From positions 1,536 through 65,535 of the forward strand of contig CANQXY010000004.1 in assembly GCA_947627935.1 (NCBI GenBank): a DNA stretch of 64,000 nucleotides, in the 5' to 3' direction. Positions 1-10,196 of the stretch are shown piece after piece; position 1 is the stretch's first letter; every line of letters begins with the position of its first letter. The position numbers and the translations under genes were made by a program. The notes below the pieces were generated by a model. It had not been told where the DNA came from, ran no database searches, and was given only the letters and a program-made list of their open reading frames with translations. The stretch comes from an uncultured Clostridia bacterium (GTDB lineage: Bacteria > Bacillota > Clostridia > TANB77 > CAG-508).

Positions 1-88
1 TACTTATTCCTGCTAAAATTAAAAGAACTATTATTGTTATTACTAATGCTATTAATGTTATTCCTTTCTCTAATTTTGTTTTGTTCAT
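1..88 (-). CDS. Prepilin-type N-terminal domain protein (type IV pilin/pseudopilin-like); 5' end only, continues past the window start
   Basis: ATG at 88..86 translates to MNKTKLEKGITLIALVITIIVLLILAGIS. The KG/ITLIALV hydrophobic helix resembles a prepilin cleavage/methylation motif. A GGAGGA RBS lies at 101..96 (rev). Confidence 0.6.
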   Translation of the reverse strand, partial: MNKTKLEKGITLIALVITIIVLLILAGIS

Positions 89-162
89 TTTTTATTCCTC
101 CTATTATTATTTTTTACTTATTTTTAAAATTAATACCAAACAAGCACAAAAAGACAGCAATA

Positions 163-294
<132 letters not shown>

Positions 295-333
295 TGTTTT
301 TATTTTCTCCTCTTTGGTTTATTTTTCTTTTTT

Positions 334-362
334 AGTATATATTAAACTTTTTATTTTTGCAA
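334..362 (-). promoter_or_regulatory. Predicted sigma-A-type promoter, TTGCAA-17 nt-TATACT, driving the mini-ORF
   Basis: The -35 is at 362..357 and the -10 at 339..334, with a 17-nt spacer. It lies downstream of the ylmH-like stop codon. Confidence 0.4.
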
Positions 363-385
363 TAGCTGTAACATAAATGTAATAT

Positions 386-1189
386 TTATACATATTTTTC
401 TATATTAATTATATATCTTCCACTTCTAGTATTGCCAACAAATTCTTTTATTTCAAATCTTCCTTTTCCTCTTATTGTTATAATATCATTTTGTTTTATT
501 TGCTTTGTCTTTTTAGTTTCATTTTGTCCATTTATAAAAACTCTTTCTGTATTTAATATTTGTTCAGCTTTGTTTCTTGAACATTTAGCTAATTCTGAAA
601 CTATATTATCTAATCTTAAAGAAGATACTATTATTTTAATTTCTTCTTTTCTTACTTCTACTTTCCTTAAATTATTAATTACTTCTAGAGTAATATTAGA
701 CATAGAAAATCTAGTAAGTGATCCTATATTTTGTAATAAAAATTCTGAAATTTCTTCCATTACTATAATATCTGCTCCATTTTTGTCTACTAATATATCT
801 CCTACTTTTTCTCTTTTTAATCCTAATTTAATTATTCCCCCTAAATAGTCTCTATGAGTATATTTCCCAACTAAATCATCTGGAAGTTTAATTCTTATAA
901 CTTTTAATATATTTGATATATTTTTATTTATCATATTATAATCATATTTTTCAGGATATATTAAAAGTATTTTCCTTTCTGAATTTTCATAACCACCAGT
1001 TAAAATATAATTTTTAATATCTAATTTTTTTAAAAAACTTTCTACTAAATTTACTTGATACATATCTAAAAAATCAGTGTTTTGTATCCTATTTTTTGTT
1101 TGAGAAAAATTTATTTTATCCAAAACTTGAGCTAATAATATTTTGTCTTCTGGTTTTTTATATTCATTTAAAATTTCCTGTTTTGTCAT
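386..1189 (-). CDS. ylmH: YlmH-like RNA-binding protein with a C-terminal S4 domain
   Basis: The ORF has a C-terminal S4 motif (LRLDNIVSELAKCSRNKAEQIL..VFINGQ). The ATG at 1189 has an AAAGGA RBS; the alternative ATG at 1204 has no RBS and overlaps dxs. Confidence 0.65.
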   Translation of the reverse strand: MTKQEILNEYKKPEDKILLAQVLDKINFSQTKNRIQNTDFLDMYQVNLVESFLKKLDIKNYILTGGYENSERKILLIYPEKYDYNMINKNISNILKVIRIKLPDDLVGKYTHRDYLGGIIKLGLKREKVGDILVDKNGADIIVMEEISEFLLQNIGSLTRFSMSNITLEVINNLRKVEVRKEEIKIIVSSLRLDNIVSELAKCSRNKAEQILNTERVFINGQNETKKTKQIKQNDIITIRGKGRFEIKEFVGNTRSGRYIINIEKYV

Positions 1190-1190
1190 A

Positions 1191-3068
1191 CTAATTCCTT
1201 TCATTAAAAAAATTATCTATTATGCATCTATAGATACTTTGTGTATCTAATCCATATTTTTCTTCTATTTGCTCAACTGTTCCTTGTTTTATAAATTCAT
1301 TTGGATATCCAAATGTTTTTAGGTTTACATCTTTTACATTATTATCTATTATTAACTCTTTTATTATTGAAGAAAGTCCTCCTAATTTAATGTTATCTTC
1401 AATTGTTATAACTTTTTTAGTTTTATTTATAGAATTAAGTATCGTTTCCTTATCTATTGGTTTTAAAAATCTAACATTTATTATTTCTGAATCTATATTA
1501 TTTTCTTTTAATTTATTTGATATATCTATTGCTTTATCTACCATTTTTCCTATCGCTATTATAGAAATATCTTTACCCTCTTTTATTATTTCTGATTTTT
1601 CTAATATTATATCTTCACATTTATCAAATTTATTTTTTCCTTCTCCTCCTCTTGGATATCTAATTACAACAGGCTTACCTAAATTTACTCCAAATTCAAG
1701 CATTTTTTCTAATTCCTTAAAATCTTTTGGAGCCATTATAGTTAGATTAGGTATTATGTTAAAAAATGATAAATCTAAAATTCCTTGATGTGTATCCCCA
1801 TCAGCACCTACTATTCCTGCTCTATCTACACACATAACAATAGGTAAATTCTGTATACATATATCATGTATAACTTGATCATATGCTCTTTGATAGAAAG
1901 ATGAATAAATAGGTACTACTGGTATCATACCATTTTTTGCTAACCCTGCTGCAAAACCAATTGCGTGTTGTTCTGCAATTCCTACATCGAAAAATCTATT
2001 TGGAAAACTTTTTTGAAATTTTGTAAGTCCTGTTCCGTCTTTCATAGATGCTGTTATTGCTACTATTTTTTCATTTTCAGTTGCTAGTTTTACTAATTTT
2101 TCTCCAAAAACTTTTGAATAATCTGCTTGTTTTTCTTTTAATGCTTTACCAGTATTTATATCAAAACTTCCGATTGCATGAAACCTATCAGGATTTTCTT
2201 CTGCTATTTTATATCCTTTACCTTTTTTAGTAAGTACATGTATTAAAACTGGTCCATCTAATTGTTTACTTATATTTAATAAACTTTCCAATTTTTCTAT
2301 ATCATGTCCATCTACTGGTCCTAAATATCTAAAACCAATATCTTCAAAATACATTTTTGGTATTATAAATTGTTTTATACTTCTTTTGGCCTTTTGCACT
2401 AATTTAACAATTGGTCCACCTACAACTGGCACTTTTTTTAATATATTTTTTATAGAAACATTTGATTTAGTATAAAGCTTTTTTGTTCTTAATCTACTTA
2501 AAAGCATATTTACTCCACCAACATTTTTAGATATACTCATCTCATTATCATTTAGTATAACAGTTAATTTAGTATTACTACTTCCTGCATCATTTAATGC
2601 TTCTAGTGCCATTCCTCCTGTTAAAGCTCCATCACCAATTACACAAACTATAAAATTATTCTCATTTTTTATATCTCTTGCTTTTGCCATTCCTAAAGCT
2701 ACTGATATTGATGTACTACTATGTCCTGTGTTAAAACAATCTAACTCAGACTCTTCTACTTTAGGAAACCCTGCAATTCCATTTAATTGTCTTAAAGTTT
2801 TTAACTTATCTTTCCTACCTGTTATTATTTTATGTGCATATGTCTGATGTCCAACATCCCATATTATTTTATCTTCTGGAACATTAAATACACTATGCAA
2901 ACAAATTGTAAGTTCAACAACTCCTAAATTTGATGCTAAATGTCCACCATTTTTTGATACTATATCTAATATATATTCTCTTATCTCTTGTGCTAATATT
3001 TTTTTATCATCTATATTTAATTTTTTTAAATCATCTATAGAATTTACTTTTTCTAACATTTTTCTCAC
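1191..3068 (-). CDS. dxs: 1-deoxy-D-xylulose-5-phosphate synthase
   Basis: 625 aa. It has the TPP motif GDGALTGGMALEALN, an N-terminal HLASNLGVVELT, and a transketolase-like C-terminal half. Confidence 0.95.
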   Translation of the reverse strand: MRKMLEKVNSIDDLKKLNIDDKKILAQEIREYILDIVSKNGGHLASNLGVVELTICLHSVFNVPEDKIIWDVGHQTYAHKIITGRKDKLKTLRQLNGIAGFPKVEESELDCFNTGHSSTSISVALGMAKARDIKNENNFIVCVIGDGALTGGMALEALNDAGSSNTKLTVILNDNEMSISKNVGGVNMLLSRLRTKKLYTKSNVSIKNILKKVPVVGGPIVKLVQKAKRSIKQFIIPKMYFEDIGFRYLGPVDGHDIEKLESLLNISKQLDGPVLIHVLTKKGKGYKIAEENPDRFHAIGSFDINTGKALKEKQADYSKVFGEKLVKLATENEKIVAITASMKDGTGLTKFQKSFPNRFFDVGIAEQHAIGFAAGLAKNGMIPVVPIYSSFYQRAYDQVIHDICIQNLPIVMCVDRAGIVGADGDTHQGILDLSFFNIIPNLTIMAPKDFKELEKMLEFGVNLGKPVVIRYPRGGEGKNKFDKCEDIILEKSEIIKEGKDISIIAIGKMVDKAIDISNKLKENNIDSEIINVRFLKPIDKETILNSINKTKKVITIEDNIKLGGLSSIIKELIIDNNVKDVNLKTFGYPNEFIKQGTVEQIEEKYGLDTQSIYRCIIDNFFNERN

Positions 3069-3073
3069 CTTAA

Positions 3074-3721
3074 TTATATAAACATTAGCATTAATAAACT
3101 TGCTATTGGAACAGTTATATTATCTGTTCCTTTTATAGAAACTGCTTCTATAATAGTTATTATCAGTGCAATTATTATAGCTTTTATGCACCAATACATG
3201 CTATTTATACATATCAAATATATTGCTACTATAATAAATGAAATTATAAGCATTGTAATGCATCCTGCAACTGATTTTTGTGTATCACCTATTTTAAATT
3301 TCTTACTTTTAATTAATTTTCCAAATATTGCAGCAAAACCATCTCCATATGCCATTATAAATATAGATACTAATCCTAATATTGGATTATTTAATATTCC
3401 AAATGTTACTATTGATATGATAAGTAATGATAATGCATAATAGACTGTTCCTAACCCTTCATTACTTCCTTCATCTCTTTCCATTACTTTAATAATATCT
3501 TTTTTATATGACAAATAGTTTATAATTACAAATGTAGCAGGAACAAATGCTACAAAATACATATTATCAAAAAAATACATTGCAATTAACCACCAATTAC
3601 CAAGTGCAATGTGTATAAATTTTCTACTTGCTTCTTTTCCTATTTTTTCAAACAACTTTGCTCCAAGTATTACTAAAAATATAAATAAATATGAAATTAT
3701 TACTCCAATTATGTTTTGCAT
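3074..3721 (-). CDS. Polytopic membrane protein of the CTP-dependent polyprenol/dolichol/phytol kinase (CdsA-like) family
   Basis: 215 aa and multi-TM, with motifs RKFIHI and AYGDGFAAIFGK..KSVAGC. Confidence 0.55.
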   Translation of the reverse strand: MQNIIGVIISYLFIFLVILGAKLFEKIGKEASRKFIHIALGNWWLIAMYFFDNMYFVAFVPATFVIINYLSYKKDIIKVMERDEGSNEGLGTVYYALSLLIISIVTFGILNNPILGLVSIFIMAYGDGFAAIFGKLIKSKKFKIGDTQKSVAGCITMLIISFIIVAIYLICINSMYWCIKAIIIALIITIIEAVSIKGTDNITVPIASLLMLMFI

Positions 3722-3803
3722 TTCTTACCTCTCTTTCATGCTTATATATAATAACATATATTTTTTATTTTTTCTACAAAATTTCACCATTTTCATAAAT
3801 TAC

Positions 3804-3843
3804 AAAAAATAACAGTTTGTTATAAATATAATAACAAACTGTT
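3804..3843 (-). terminator. Rho-independent terminator downstream of eno
   Basis: AACAGTTTGTTAT (3811-3823) pairs with ATAACAAACTGTT (3831-3843), followed by a U-tract on the minus strand. Confidence 0.7.
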
Positions 3844-3851
3844 TAATAAAT

Positions 3852-5126
3852 TTATATATTTAAAGAAATATTATTTTCAATATTTAATAATCTATTATAT
3901 TTAGCAACTCTATCTGTTCTACATGGTGCTCCTGTTTTTATCTGACCTGAATTTATTGCAACTGCTAAATCTGCAATTGTTGTATCTTCTGTTTCACCAG
4001 ATCTATGTGAAATTATTGTTTTATATCCATATTTTTTAGCCAAACTTATTGTTTCTAATGTTTCTGTTAAAGTTCCTATTTGATTTGGTTTTATTAAAAT
4101 TGCATTTGCAATTTTTTTAGTTATTCCTTTTTTTAATCTTTCTATATTAGTTACAAACAAATCATCTCCAACTAATTGAACTTTATCTCCTATTCTATTA
4201 GTTAATATTTCCCAAGATTCCCAATCTTCTTCTGCTAATCCATCTTCTACTGAAATAATTGGATATTTTTGAGTTAAATATACAATATATTCAATCATTT
4301 CTTCTTTAGTTTTAAATTGTTCTGTTTTCCAAAAATAATATCCTGTTTTTCCTATTTTTTTAGCTTCATCATACATTTCTGTACTTGCAATATCTAAACT
4401 TAATGCTATATCTTTTCCAGGTTCATATCCTGCTTTTTCTATAGCTTTTATTATATATTTTAACGCTTCTTCTTCATTTTCTAAATTTGGTGCAAAACCT
4501 CCTTCATCTCCTACTGCTACTGAATATCCATCTTCTTTTAATACTTTTTTTAATGAATGATATACCTCTACTCCTCTTTTTAATCTTTCTTTAAATGATA
4601 TATTTCCAATTGGCATAATCATAAATTCTTGAATATTTATATTATTATCAGAATGTTTTCCTCCATTTAATATGTTCATCATTGGAATTGGAAGTTCTAA
4701 TCCATTTATTCCACCTATATATTCATATAATTCTAATCCTAATGATTTAGCAGCAGCTTTTGCAACTGCTAAAGATACCCCTAAAATTGCATTTGCTCCT
4801 AAATTAGATTTATTAGGTGTATCATCTAATTTTAGTAATTCTCTATCTATATTTCTTTGATCATAAATATTAAAACCTTCTAATCTTTTTGATATTTTTT
4901 TATTTACGTTATCTACTGCCTTTAATACTCCTTTTCCTAAATATCTTTTTTCATCTTTATCTCTAAGTTCAACAGCTTCAAAACTTCCTGTTGACGCTCC
5001 AGATGGAACTAATGCTTTTCCATAATCTCCATTTTCTGTTATAACTTCTACTTGAACAGTAGGATTTCCTCTAGAATCTAATACTTCCATAGCTTCTATT
5101 TCTTTTATTAATAACTCTTTTTTCAT
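3852..5126 (-). CDS. eno: Enolase (phosphopyruvate hydratase)
   Basis: 424 aa with [25 protein letters not shown] and [17 protein letters not shown] signatures. Confidence 0.97.
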   Translation of the reverse strand: MKKELLIKEIEAMEVLDSRGNPTVQVEVITENGDYGKALVPSGASTGSFEAVELRDKDEKRYLGKGVLKAVDNVNKKISKRLEGFNIYDQRNIDRELLKLDDTPNKSNLGANAILGVSLAVAKAAAKSLGLELYEYIGGINGLELPIPMMNILNGGKHSDNNINIQEFMIMPIGNISFKERLKRGVEVYHSLKKVLKEDGYSVAVGDEGGFAPNLENEEEALKYIIKAIEKAGYEPGKDIALSLDIASTEMYDEAKKIGKTGYYFWKTEQFKTKEEMIEYIVYLTQKYPIISVEDGLAEEDWESWEILTNRIGDKVQLVGDDLFVTNIERLKKGITKKIANAILIKPNQIGTLTETLETISLAKKYGYKTIISHRSGETEDTTIADLAVAINSGQIKTGAPCRTDRVAKYNRLLNIENNISLNI

Positions 5127-5215
5127 AATAAACCTCCTATAGTTATTTTTGACATATTTTACATATTTATACTTTAATAATAACTAAAAAAGTTCATACA
5201 CTTAAGTATGAACTT

Positions 5216-6847
5216 TTATGCAGTTTTTTTATTTCTTAGTTCTAGAGCATATTTAATTGTAGTATCATTTACTTCTCCCGATGATATCCTAGCAATTTCA
5301 TTAATCACTTCATTTTCATTTAATAACTTAATCATCGTTTTTGTTCTTTCGTTTTCTATTTCTTTACTTATATAATAATTATAATCTGCAAAAGCTGCAA
5401 TTATTGGTAAATGTGAAATACATAAAACTTGATGATTATTAGAAATTATTTTTAATTTATCTGCTACACTACTTGCTGCTTTTCCACTAATTCCTGTATC
5501 TATTTCATCAAATATAAGTATTGGAGTATTATCTGTTTCAGATAATACTTTTTTTATTGCAAGCATTATTCTTGACATTTCTCCACCTGATGCAATCTTA
5601 TTTAATTCTTTTTCTTCTTCACCTAAATTTGTCAATATATAAAATTCAACTTTATCTTTACCATTTTCATAAAATTCATCTTGCTTATAATCTACTTTTA
5701 CATCAATTTTAGCATTTTTCATTTCCAAATCTTTAAGTTCTTTATTTACACTTTCACTTAATTTTTTAGCATAATTATTTCTTATCAAATTCATATTTTT
5801 TGATATTAAATTTAACTCTTTTACTAAAACATCTAATTCGTTTTTTAATTTATTATTATTTTCTTCTAAATTTTCAATATATTCTATTTCTTTTTCTATT
5901 TCTTCTTTATATTTTAAAATTTCTTCTATATTATTTCCATATTTTCTTTTTAGTGAAAATATTAAATCTAATCTTTCTTCTATTTTTTCTTGTTCTTCTT
6001 GATTAAAATATGTATCATCATTATAATCACTTATATCCCTTGATATCTCTTGTAATTCATAATATATATTTTTTAAACTACTTGTAACTTTTTCATATTT
6101 TTCATCAATTGTTTCAATTTTCTCTAATGCTCTTATTGCTTCGCTTAAACAATCTATGCTATTGTCACTAATTAATGTATTTGCTTTATTTAAGTTCTCA
6201 TATATTTTCTCAGAATTTAAAAATATTCTTCTTTTTTCCTCTAATTTACTTTCTTCATCTGGTTCCAATTTTGAAACTTCTATTTCATTTAGTTGATATT
6301 TTAATAAATCTAATTTTCTTTGTTTTTCTTTTTCATCCCCATAATTTTCTTTTAATTGTTTTTTTATCTCATTAAATCTATTAAATTTTAATTTATATTC
6401 ATCTAATAATTGTTTTAATTCTAATCCTATAAAATTATCTAAATATCTTAAATGTGTTTTTGATTCTAGTAAATCTTGATTTTCATTTTGTCCATGTATT
6501 TCTATAAAGTTAGACATAAATTGTTTTAATTCATTTACAGTAACTAATCTTCCATTTATTTTACATGAATTTCTTCCATTATCATAAATCTCTCTTGATA
6601 CTATAATGTTACCATCTACTGAATATGGACTTTTAGGATTATACATACATAATTCTACAAATGAATAATTTTCTCCTTTTCTTATCATATCTTTAGAAAA
6701 TCTTCCACCTGATATTATTTCTAAAGAATCTATTATTAATGTTTTCCCTGCTCCTGTTTCCCCTGTAAGCACATTAAATCCTTTATTTAATTCTATACTT
6801 AAATCATCTATTATTCCTATGTTTTTTATATGTAAATTTGTTATCAT
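5216..6847 (-). CDS. recN: DNA repair protein RecN
   Basis: 543 aa. It has Walker A GETGAGKT, a long coiled coil, and C-terminal SGGEMSRIMLAIK plus ILIFDEIDTGISG. Confidence 0.93.
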   Translation of the reverse strand: MITNLHIKNIGIIDDLSIELNKGFNVLTGETGAGKTLIIDSLEIISGGRFSKDMIRKGENYSFVELCMYNPKSPYSVDGNIIVSREIYDNGRNSCKINGRLVTVNELKQFMSNFIEIHGQNENQDLLESKTHLRYLDNFIGLELKQLLDEYKLKFNRFNEIKKQLKENYGDEKEKQRKLDLLKYQLNEIEVSKLEPDEESKLEEKRRIFLNSEKIYENLNKANTLISDNSIDCLSEAIRALEKIETIDEKYEKVTSSLKNIYYELQEISRDISDYNDDTYFNQEEQEKIEERLDLIFSLKRKYGNNIEEILKYKEEIEKEIEYIENLEENNNKLKNELDVLVKELNLISKNMNLIRNNYAKKLSESVNKELKDLEMKNAKIDVKVDYKQDEFYENGKDKVEFYILTNLGEEEKELNKIASGGEMSRIMLAIKKVLSETDNTPILIFDEIDTGISGKAASSVADKLKIISNNHQVLCISHLPIIAAFADYNYYISKEIENERTKTMIKLLNENEVINEIARISSGEVNDTTIKYALELRNKKTA

Positions 6848-6865
6848 ATTACATCCTCCAATAAA

Positions 6866-6934
6866 GAAAATATGTTCGCAATTATTGTATTTGACTTTTT
6901 AAAATTTGTCAATACTTTTTGCGAACATTTTTTC
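6866..6934 (-). promoter_or_regulatory. Two putative LexA (Cheo-type) boxes upstream of recN
   Basis: CGAACATATTTTC (minus strand, 6878..6866) and CGAACATTTTTTC (plus strand, 6922..6934). Each matches CGAAC-N4-GTTC except G to T. recN is a classic SOS gene. Confidence 0.4.
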
Positions 6935-7512
6935 TATTTTTGAATAATTTTTTCTTTTAAATCTAAAATTGCCATTTTTCTATGACTAACTTTATTCTTT
7001 TCTTGTGAGGATAATTCTGCATAAGTTCTTTCATTTGGAAGTTCAAATATCTCGTCAAATCCAAAACCATTATCTCCTCTTTTCTTTAAAGCTATCTTTC
7101 CTTCTACTACTCCCCTTCCAACAATAAAATCTACACCATCATAATATGCAACTACACATTCCACTCTTGCCTTTCTTTTATCATCTTTTAAATTTTTCAT
7201 TTTTTCTAAAATATAATCATTTCTATCATCTTTACTTGAATTTTCTCCTAAAAATCTATCCGTATATATACCAGGCCATCCATTAAAGTAATCTATACAT
7301 AATCCACTATCATCTGCTATACAATTAATTTTAGTTACATCATATATTTCTTTTGCTTTCTTTTTAGCATTTTCCTCAAAACTATTACCATCTTCTATAA
7401 CTTGAATATTACATTGTACATCTTTTAATGATAAAATTTCATATTCTGAAAGCATATTTTTTAATTCTTCTAATTTTCCTTTATTATTTGTTGCAATTAA
7501 TAATTTTTTCAT
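6934..7512 (-). CDS. rdgB: Non-canonical purine NTP pyrophosphatase (RdgB/HAM1 family)
   Basis: 192 aa with LIATNNKGKLEE and GFGFDEIF motifs. Confidence 0.9.
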   Translation of the reverse strand: MKKLLIATNNKGKLEELKNMLSEYEILSLKDVQCNIQVIEDGNSFEENAKKKAKEIYDVTKINCIADDSGLCIDYFNGWPGIYTDRFLGENSSKDDRNDYILEKMKNLKDDKRKARVECVVAYYDGVDFIVGRGVVEGKIALKKRGDNGFGFDEIFELPNERTYAELSSQEKNKVSHRKMAILDLKEKIIQK

Positions 7513-7608
7513 ATTTAATACTCTCCATTTTTTTCTTATTATACTATAAATATTATTTAATAATATAAATCTTACAAATTTTATTTAATAATTATATTAA
7601 CTAAAATT

Positions 7609-7638
7609 GGAAAACTCACTATTAATAGTGAGCTTTCC
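7609..7638 (-). terminator. Rho-independent terminator of the 7670-7987 gene
   Basis: The hairpin GGAAAGCTCACTATTAATAGTGAGTTTTCC (minus strand) is followed by AATTTT. Confidence 0.6.
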
Positions 7639-7669
7639 ATCAGATATTAATCTTGATTTTTTAGGTTAA

Positions 7670-7987
7670 TTACTGCACATTTACAATTTTAATATCAAGC
7701 TTTTCTGCAATTTTTTTTACTTCTAAATCATTTTCACTTAATTTATCATAGTTAGCATACCATGATATTCGAGTTGGTAAATCCCAATATTGCCAGTTTT
7801 CAACATCATATCCTGCTTTTTTAAGCATTTTAGCTGTTGATTTTGAAATATCCTTTTCGTAATAAATTGAACTCAATCCTTTTTTTATTGCCTTTTCAAT
7901 AGCGCAATTAATTTGTGGAATTTCTTTTTTTAGCTTCTCTTTTATTGTTTTCCGTGCAGCTTTCTTACATGAAATAATTTTTTCCAT
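7670..7987 (-). CDS. Hypothetical protein (105 aa)
   Basis: An ORF with a GGAGGG RBS, its own promoter (8020-8049) and its own terminator. No family recognised. Confidence 0.6.
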   Translation of the reverse strand: MEKIISCKKAARKTIKEKLKKEIPQINCAIEKAIKKGLSSIYYEKDISKSTAKMLKKAGYDVENWQYWDLPTRISWYANYDKLSENDLEVKKIAEKLDIKIVNVQ

Positions 7988-8019
7988 AATGTTAACCCTC
8001 CTAATATTATTATATTTAT

Positions 8020-8049
8020 ATTATATCATATTTTACATAAAAACTCAAA
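8020..8049 (-). promoter_or_regulatory. Promoter TTTGAG-18-TATAAT with the spacer motif TTTTATGTAAAA
   Basis: The -10 is at 8025..8020 and the -35 at 8049..8044. The motif reads TTTACATAAAA on the plus strand at 8032-8042. Confidence 0.5.
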
Positions 8050-8196
8050 TTTACATAGTATTTGTAAAAACTATATAAAAACAAAATAAGTCACTAATAT
8101 AAATATAAAACTTTTAGAGACTTATTTTTATTTTATTATATGTCACCATAATTTTTTTCATCTTGATAACATTAATTAGAATATATAAAATGTGAT

Positions 8197-8225
8197 TTGA
8201 AAAATTATGTAAAATATGATATACT
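8197..8225 (+). promoter_or_regulatory. Promoter TTGAAA-17-TATACT with the spacer motif AATTATGTAAAATATGA
   Basis: The -35 is at 8197-8202 and the -10 at 8220-8225. A 17-nt segment, TTATGTAAAATATGATA, is a perfect inverted copy of part of the promoter at 8020-8049. Confidence 0.5.
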
Positions 8226-8297
8226 CAATATTGAATATGAGGATTTCCTTATATTTGTAGGTACTATTTACTATAACCTATTTAAGGAGGACGTATA

Positions 8298-8639
8298 ATG
8301 AAAAAAGAAGTAATTCTTGTACCGATGGACAAATGCCCACTGGATGTACTGGCAGAAATGGGGGATCGGATAAAAGATTCTTGGATTTTCTTACATTCAA
8401 ATGCTGTAGAGTACTTACATTATAGTGATGGTGTATCCAGCCAAGAAGGGAAAAAACCGGGAACATTGGTTTTAACATGGGAAGCAACAGAATACTATCC
8501 TGAAACGAGAGTTGTAATTGATGTCTGCAGCTTGAATGCAGATTGGAAACCTATCATCTCTATTTCAGCTTGTGACATTGCATTTACCATTATGACGTGT
8601 GATCCCGAAGACATCTACTTCTTAAAAATGGCGGAATAA
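8298..8639 (+). CDS. Hypothetical protein (113 aa), G+C-richer than flanks
   Basis: AAGGAGG RBS at 8284-8290, clean ORF, terminator at 8659-8706. No family recognised. Confidence 0.7.
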   Translation: MKKEVILVPMDKCPLDVLAEMGDRIKDSWIFLHSNAVEYLHYSDGVSSQEGKKPGTLVLTWEATEYYPETRVVIDVCSLNADWKPIISISACDIAFTIMTCDPEDIYFLKMAE

Positions 8640-8658
8640 TTTGTCCAATTTTAAAATC

Positions 8659-8706
8659 GAACCAGAGTAGACTGTTTTTATAACATCTGACTCTGGTTCC
8701 TTTTTT
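8659..8706 (+). terminator. Rho-independent terminator
   Basis: GAACCAGAG (8659-8667) pairs with CTCTGGTTC (8691-8699), followed by TTTTTT. Confidence 0.75.
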
Positions 8707-8835
8707 ATTTATATTTTATTGATAACTTCTACTATTTAACACATACTAAAATAAAAAAATACAATAATTTTAAACAGTATATATTACAAATAGATGACAC
8801 ATCTTTCGATATGTCATCTATTTTCTTAGGGCTAA

Positions 8836-9084
8836 TTAGTCGATAGAAGTAATAAGAATAATTTTCTTTCCGTGTTCATCCTTTTCGCTACCTTCTTTAG
8901 CAACCAGCTTCCCGTAATTTCTGAAACTTCTCTGTTCATATTCAGTTGTGATAACACAGCTTCCAATTCCAGAGTAAATACTCAATGTATCGAATATCAT
9001 TTCAGTATATTCCCGAGATTCTCCAGGATTAAGATTGTCACCTAAGATTTCAAGTGTGACGGCTGTTTTGTTTGTTATTGTCAT
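8836..9084 (-). CDS. Hypothetical protein (82 aa), G+C-richer than flanks
   Basis: AGGAGGTG RBS, promoter at 9114-9142, hairpin at 8788-8823 downstream. No family recognised. Confidence 0.65.
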   Translation of the reverse strand: MTITNKTAVTLEILGDNLNPGESREYTEMIFDTLSIYSGIGSCVITTEYEQRSFRNYGKLVAKEGSEKDEHGKKIILITSID

Positions 9085-9113
9085 AGCAGCACCTCCTAAT
9101 AATTTATAATTAT

Positions 9114-9142
9114 ATTATAATGCATTTGACATAAAATTGCAA
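9114..9142 (-). promoter_or_regulatory. Promoter TTGCAA-17-TATAAT with the spacer motif TTTTATGTCAAAT
   Basis: The -10 is at 9119..9114 and the -35 at 9142..9137. Confidence 0.55.
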
Positions 9143-9377
9143 ATCACATAAATATAACTTAATTATTTTTTATATTTCAAATTATTGTATAATATTTTAC
9201 AACATCAAACATTTAAAGATTTTATTTAATTTTACAAAAAATCAATCAATTTATATATAGATTACCAGATTATTTAATAAAAATTAAGTAATTTACAAAA
9301 ATAACTAACAAAACAAAGGAGCCAGCCAAAGCTGACTCCTTTTGCCCCAAAACATGAAATTCTTGTCAAGGGAACGG

Positions 9378-10109
9378 CTACTTGGTAATGGAATCCCAAC
9401 GTGCTTTCAGAACAGAATCCTGAATCTGCTCACAGTTCGAGAACGGAACAAACAGACCAGCTTTGGTGTATCCAGCAGCACGCAACTCGCTCAGAATACC
9501 ATACCCCTTTGTCACATAGGTTTTTCCATTGCGATACACAAATACCACTTTTCCATTATTGGTGCAGAAGTGCCCAATGTTGTCAACAGCGGTACAGTCA
9601 AAGCAAGTGGAATTGATGATAGGATAATAGCAATCTTCGAAATCGAAGTGCTTTACCTTGACACCAGTAGAAGGCATCTCAAAACAATTCCGAAGTGTTT
9701 CGTCGCTGATAGTGCCAATGTGATGTTCATCACAGTAAGATACACAATCCTCAACGAAATCCTCTGCATATGACTGGCGAGCCTTTTCGAGGAGAAAGTT
9801 CCACTTAAACTGTTCAGACTTGGGATAATCCGAATTGCTGAACGGAACGTAGAAACGCTCCTGATGGAAACCAGCGGCATGAAGGGAACGAAGTGTGAGA
9901 CGAGTGCACGGAGTAACGAAAATCTCATTATCGGATACAAAGCAGACCGTTGAGTTATTCGTTGCATAGCAACCATTGAACTTCGGTGCCAATTCCGAAA
10001 TATTGAGAGTTTCTTCCTGTGAGAACTGCGGGAAAACGGTAATCATGCCATTATAAACCCGAACAGCCTCTTCCTTCAGAGAATCCATTGTGATGATTTT
10101 GTTAGCCAT
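9378..10109 (-). CDS. Hypothetical protein (243 aa) with an internal two-fold repeat; the most G+C-rich ORF in the window
   Basis: A repeat of about 48 aa occurs twice: G.YATNNSTVCFVSDNEIFVT..LRSLHAAGFHQERFYVPFSNSD and G.FCTNNGKVVFVYRNGKTYVT..LSELRAAGYTKAGLFVPFSNCE. The gene has an AAGGAGG RBS and a terminator at 9305-9339. Confidence 0.75.
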   Translation of the reverse strand: MANKIITMDSLKEEAVRVYNGMITVFPQFSQEETLNISELAPKFNGCYATNNSTVCFVSDNEIFVTPCTRLTLRSLHAAGFHQERFYVPFSNSDYPKSEQFKWNFLLEKARQSYAEDFVEDCVSYCDEHHIGTISDETLRNCFEMPSTGVKVKHFDFEDCYYPIINSTCFDCTAVDNIGHFCTNNGKVVFVYRNGKTYVTKGYGILSELRAAGYTKAGLFVPFSNCEQIQDSVLKARWDSITK

Positions 10110-10196
10110 TTTTTTACCTCCTTAAAAATATTTGTTGTCGATCAATCATGATGCAGATGCAAACATGGAAGATCATTAAAAAATGGTTACACTTAT

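Noticed and set aside
432-848. Many tracked ORFs lie antisense inside stronger genes. Examples: 432-848, 1390-1788, 2048-2230, 3186-3440, 5521-6375, 11996-12232, 14875-15657, 20252-20605, 30325-30645, 32859-33729, 50688-51250, 56740-57090 and 61572-62695.
   Set aside because: They are low-complexity F/L/I/S/K-rich translations of the reverse strand of AT-rich genes. They have no RBS and are fully nested in well-supported CDSs.
9342-9976. Overlapping ORFs 9342-9773 (+), 9401-9616 (+) and 9653-9976 (-) inside the G+C-rich 243-aa gene.
   Set aside because: Higher G+C removes stop codons in the alternative frames. Only the 9378-10109 frame has an RBS, a promoter, a terminator and an internally repeated protein-like sequence. 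ORF 8278-8487 (-), opposite the 113-aa gene, is rejected for the same reason.
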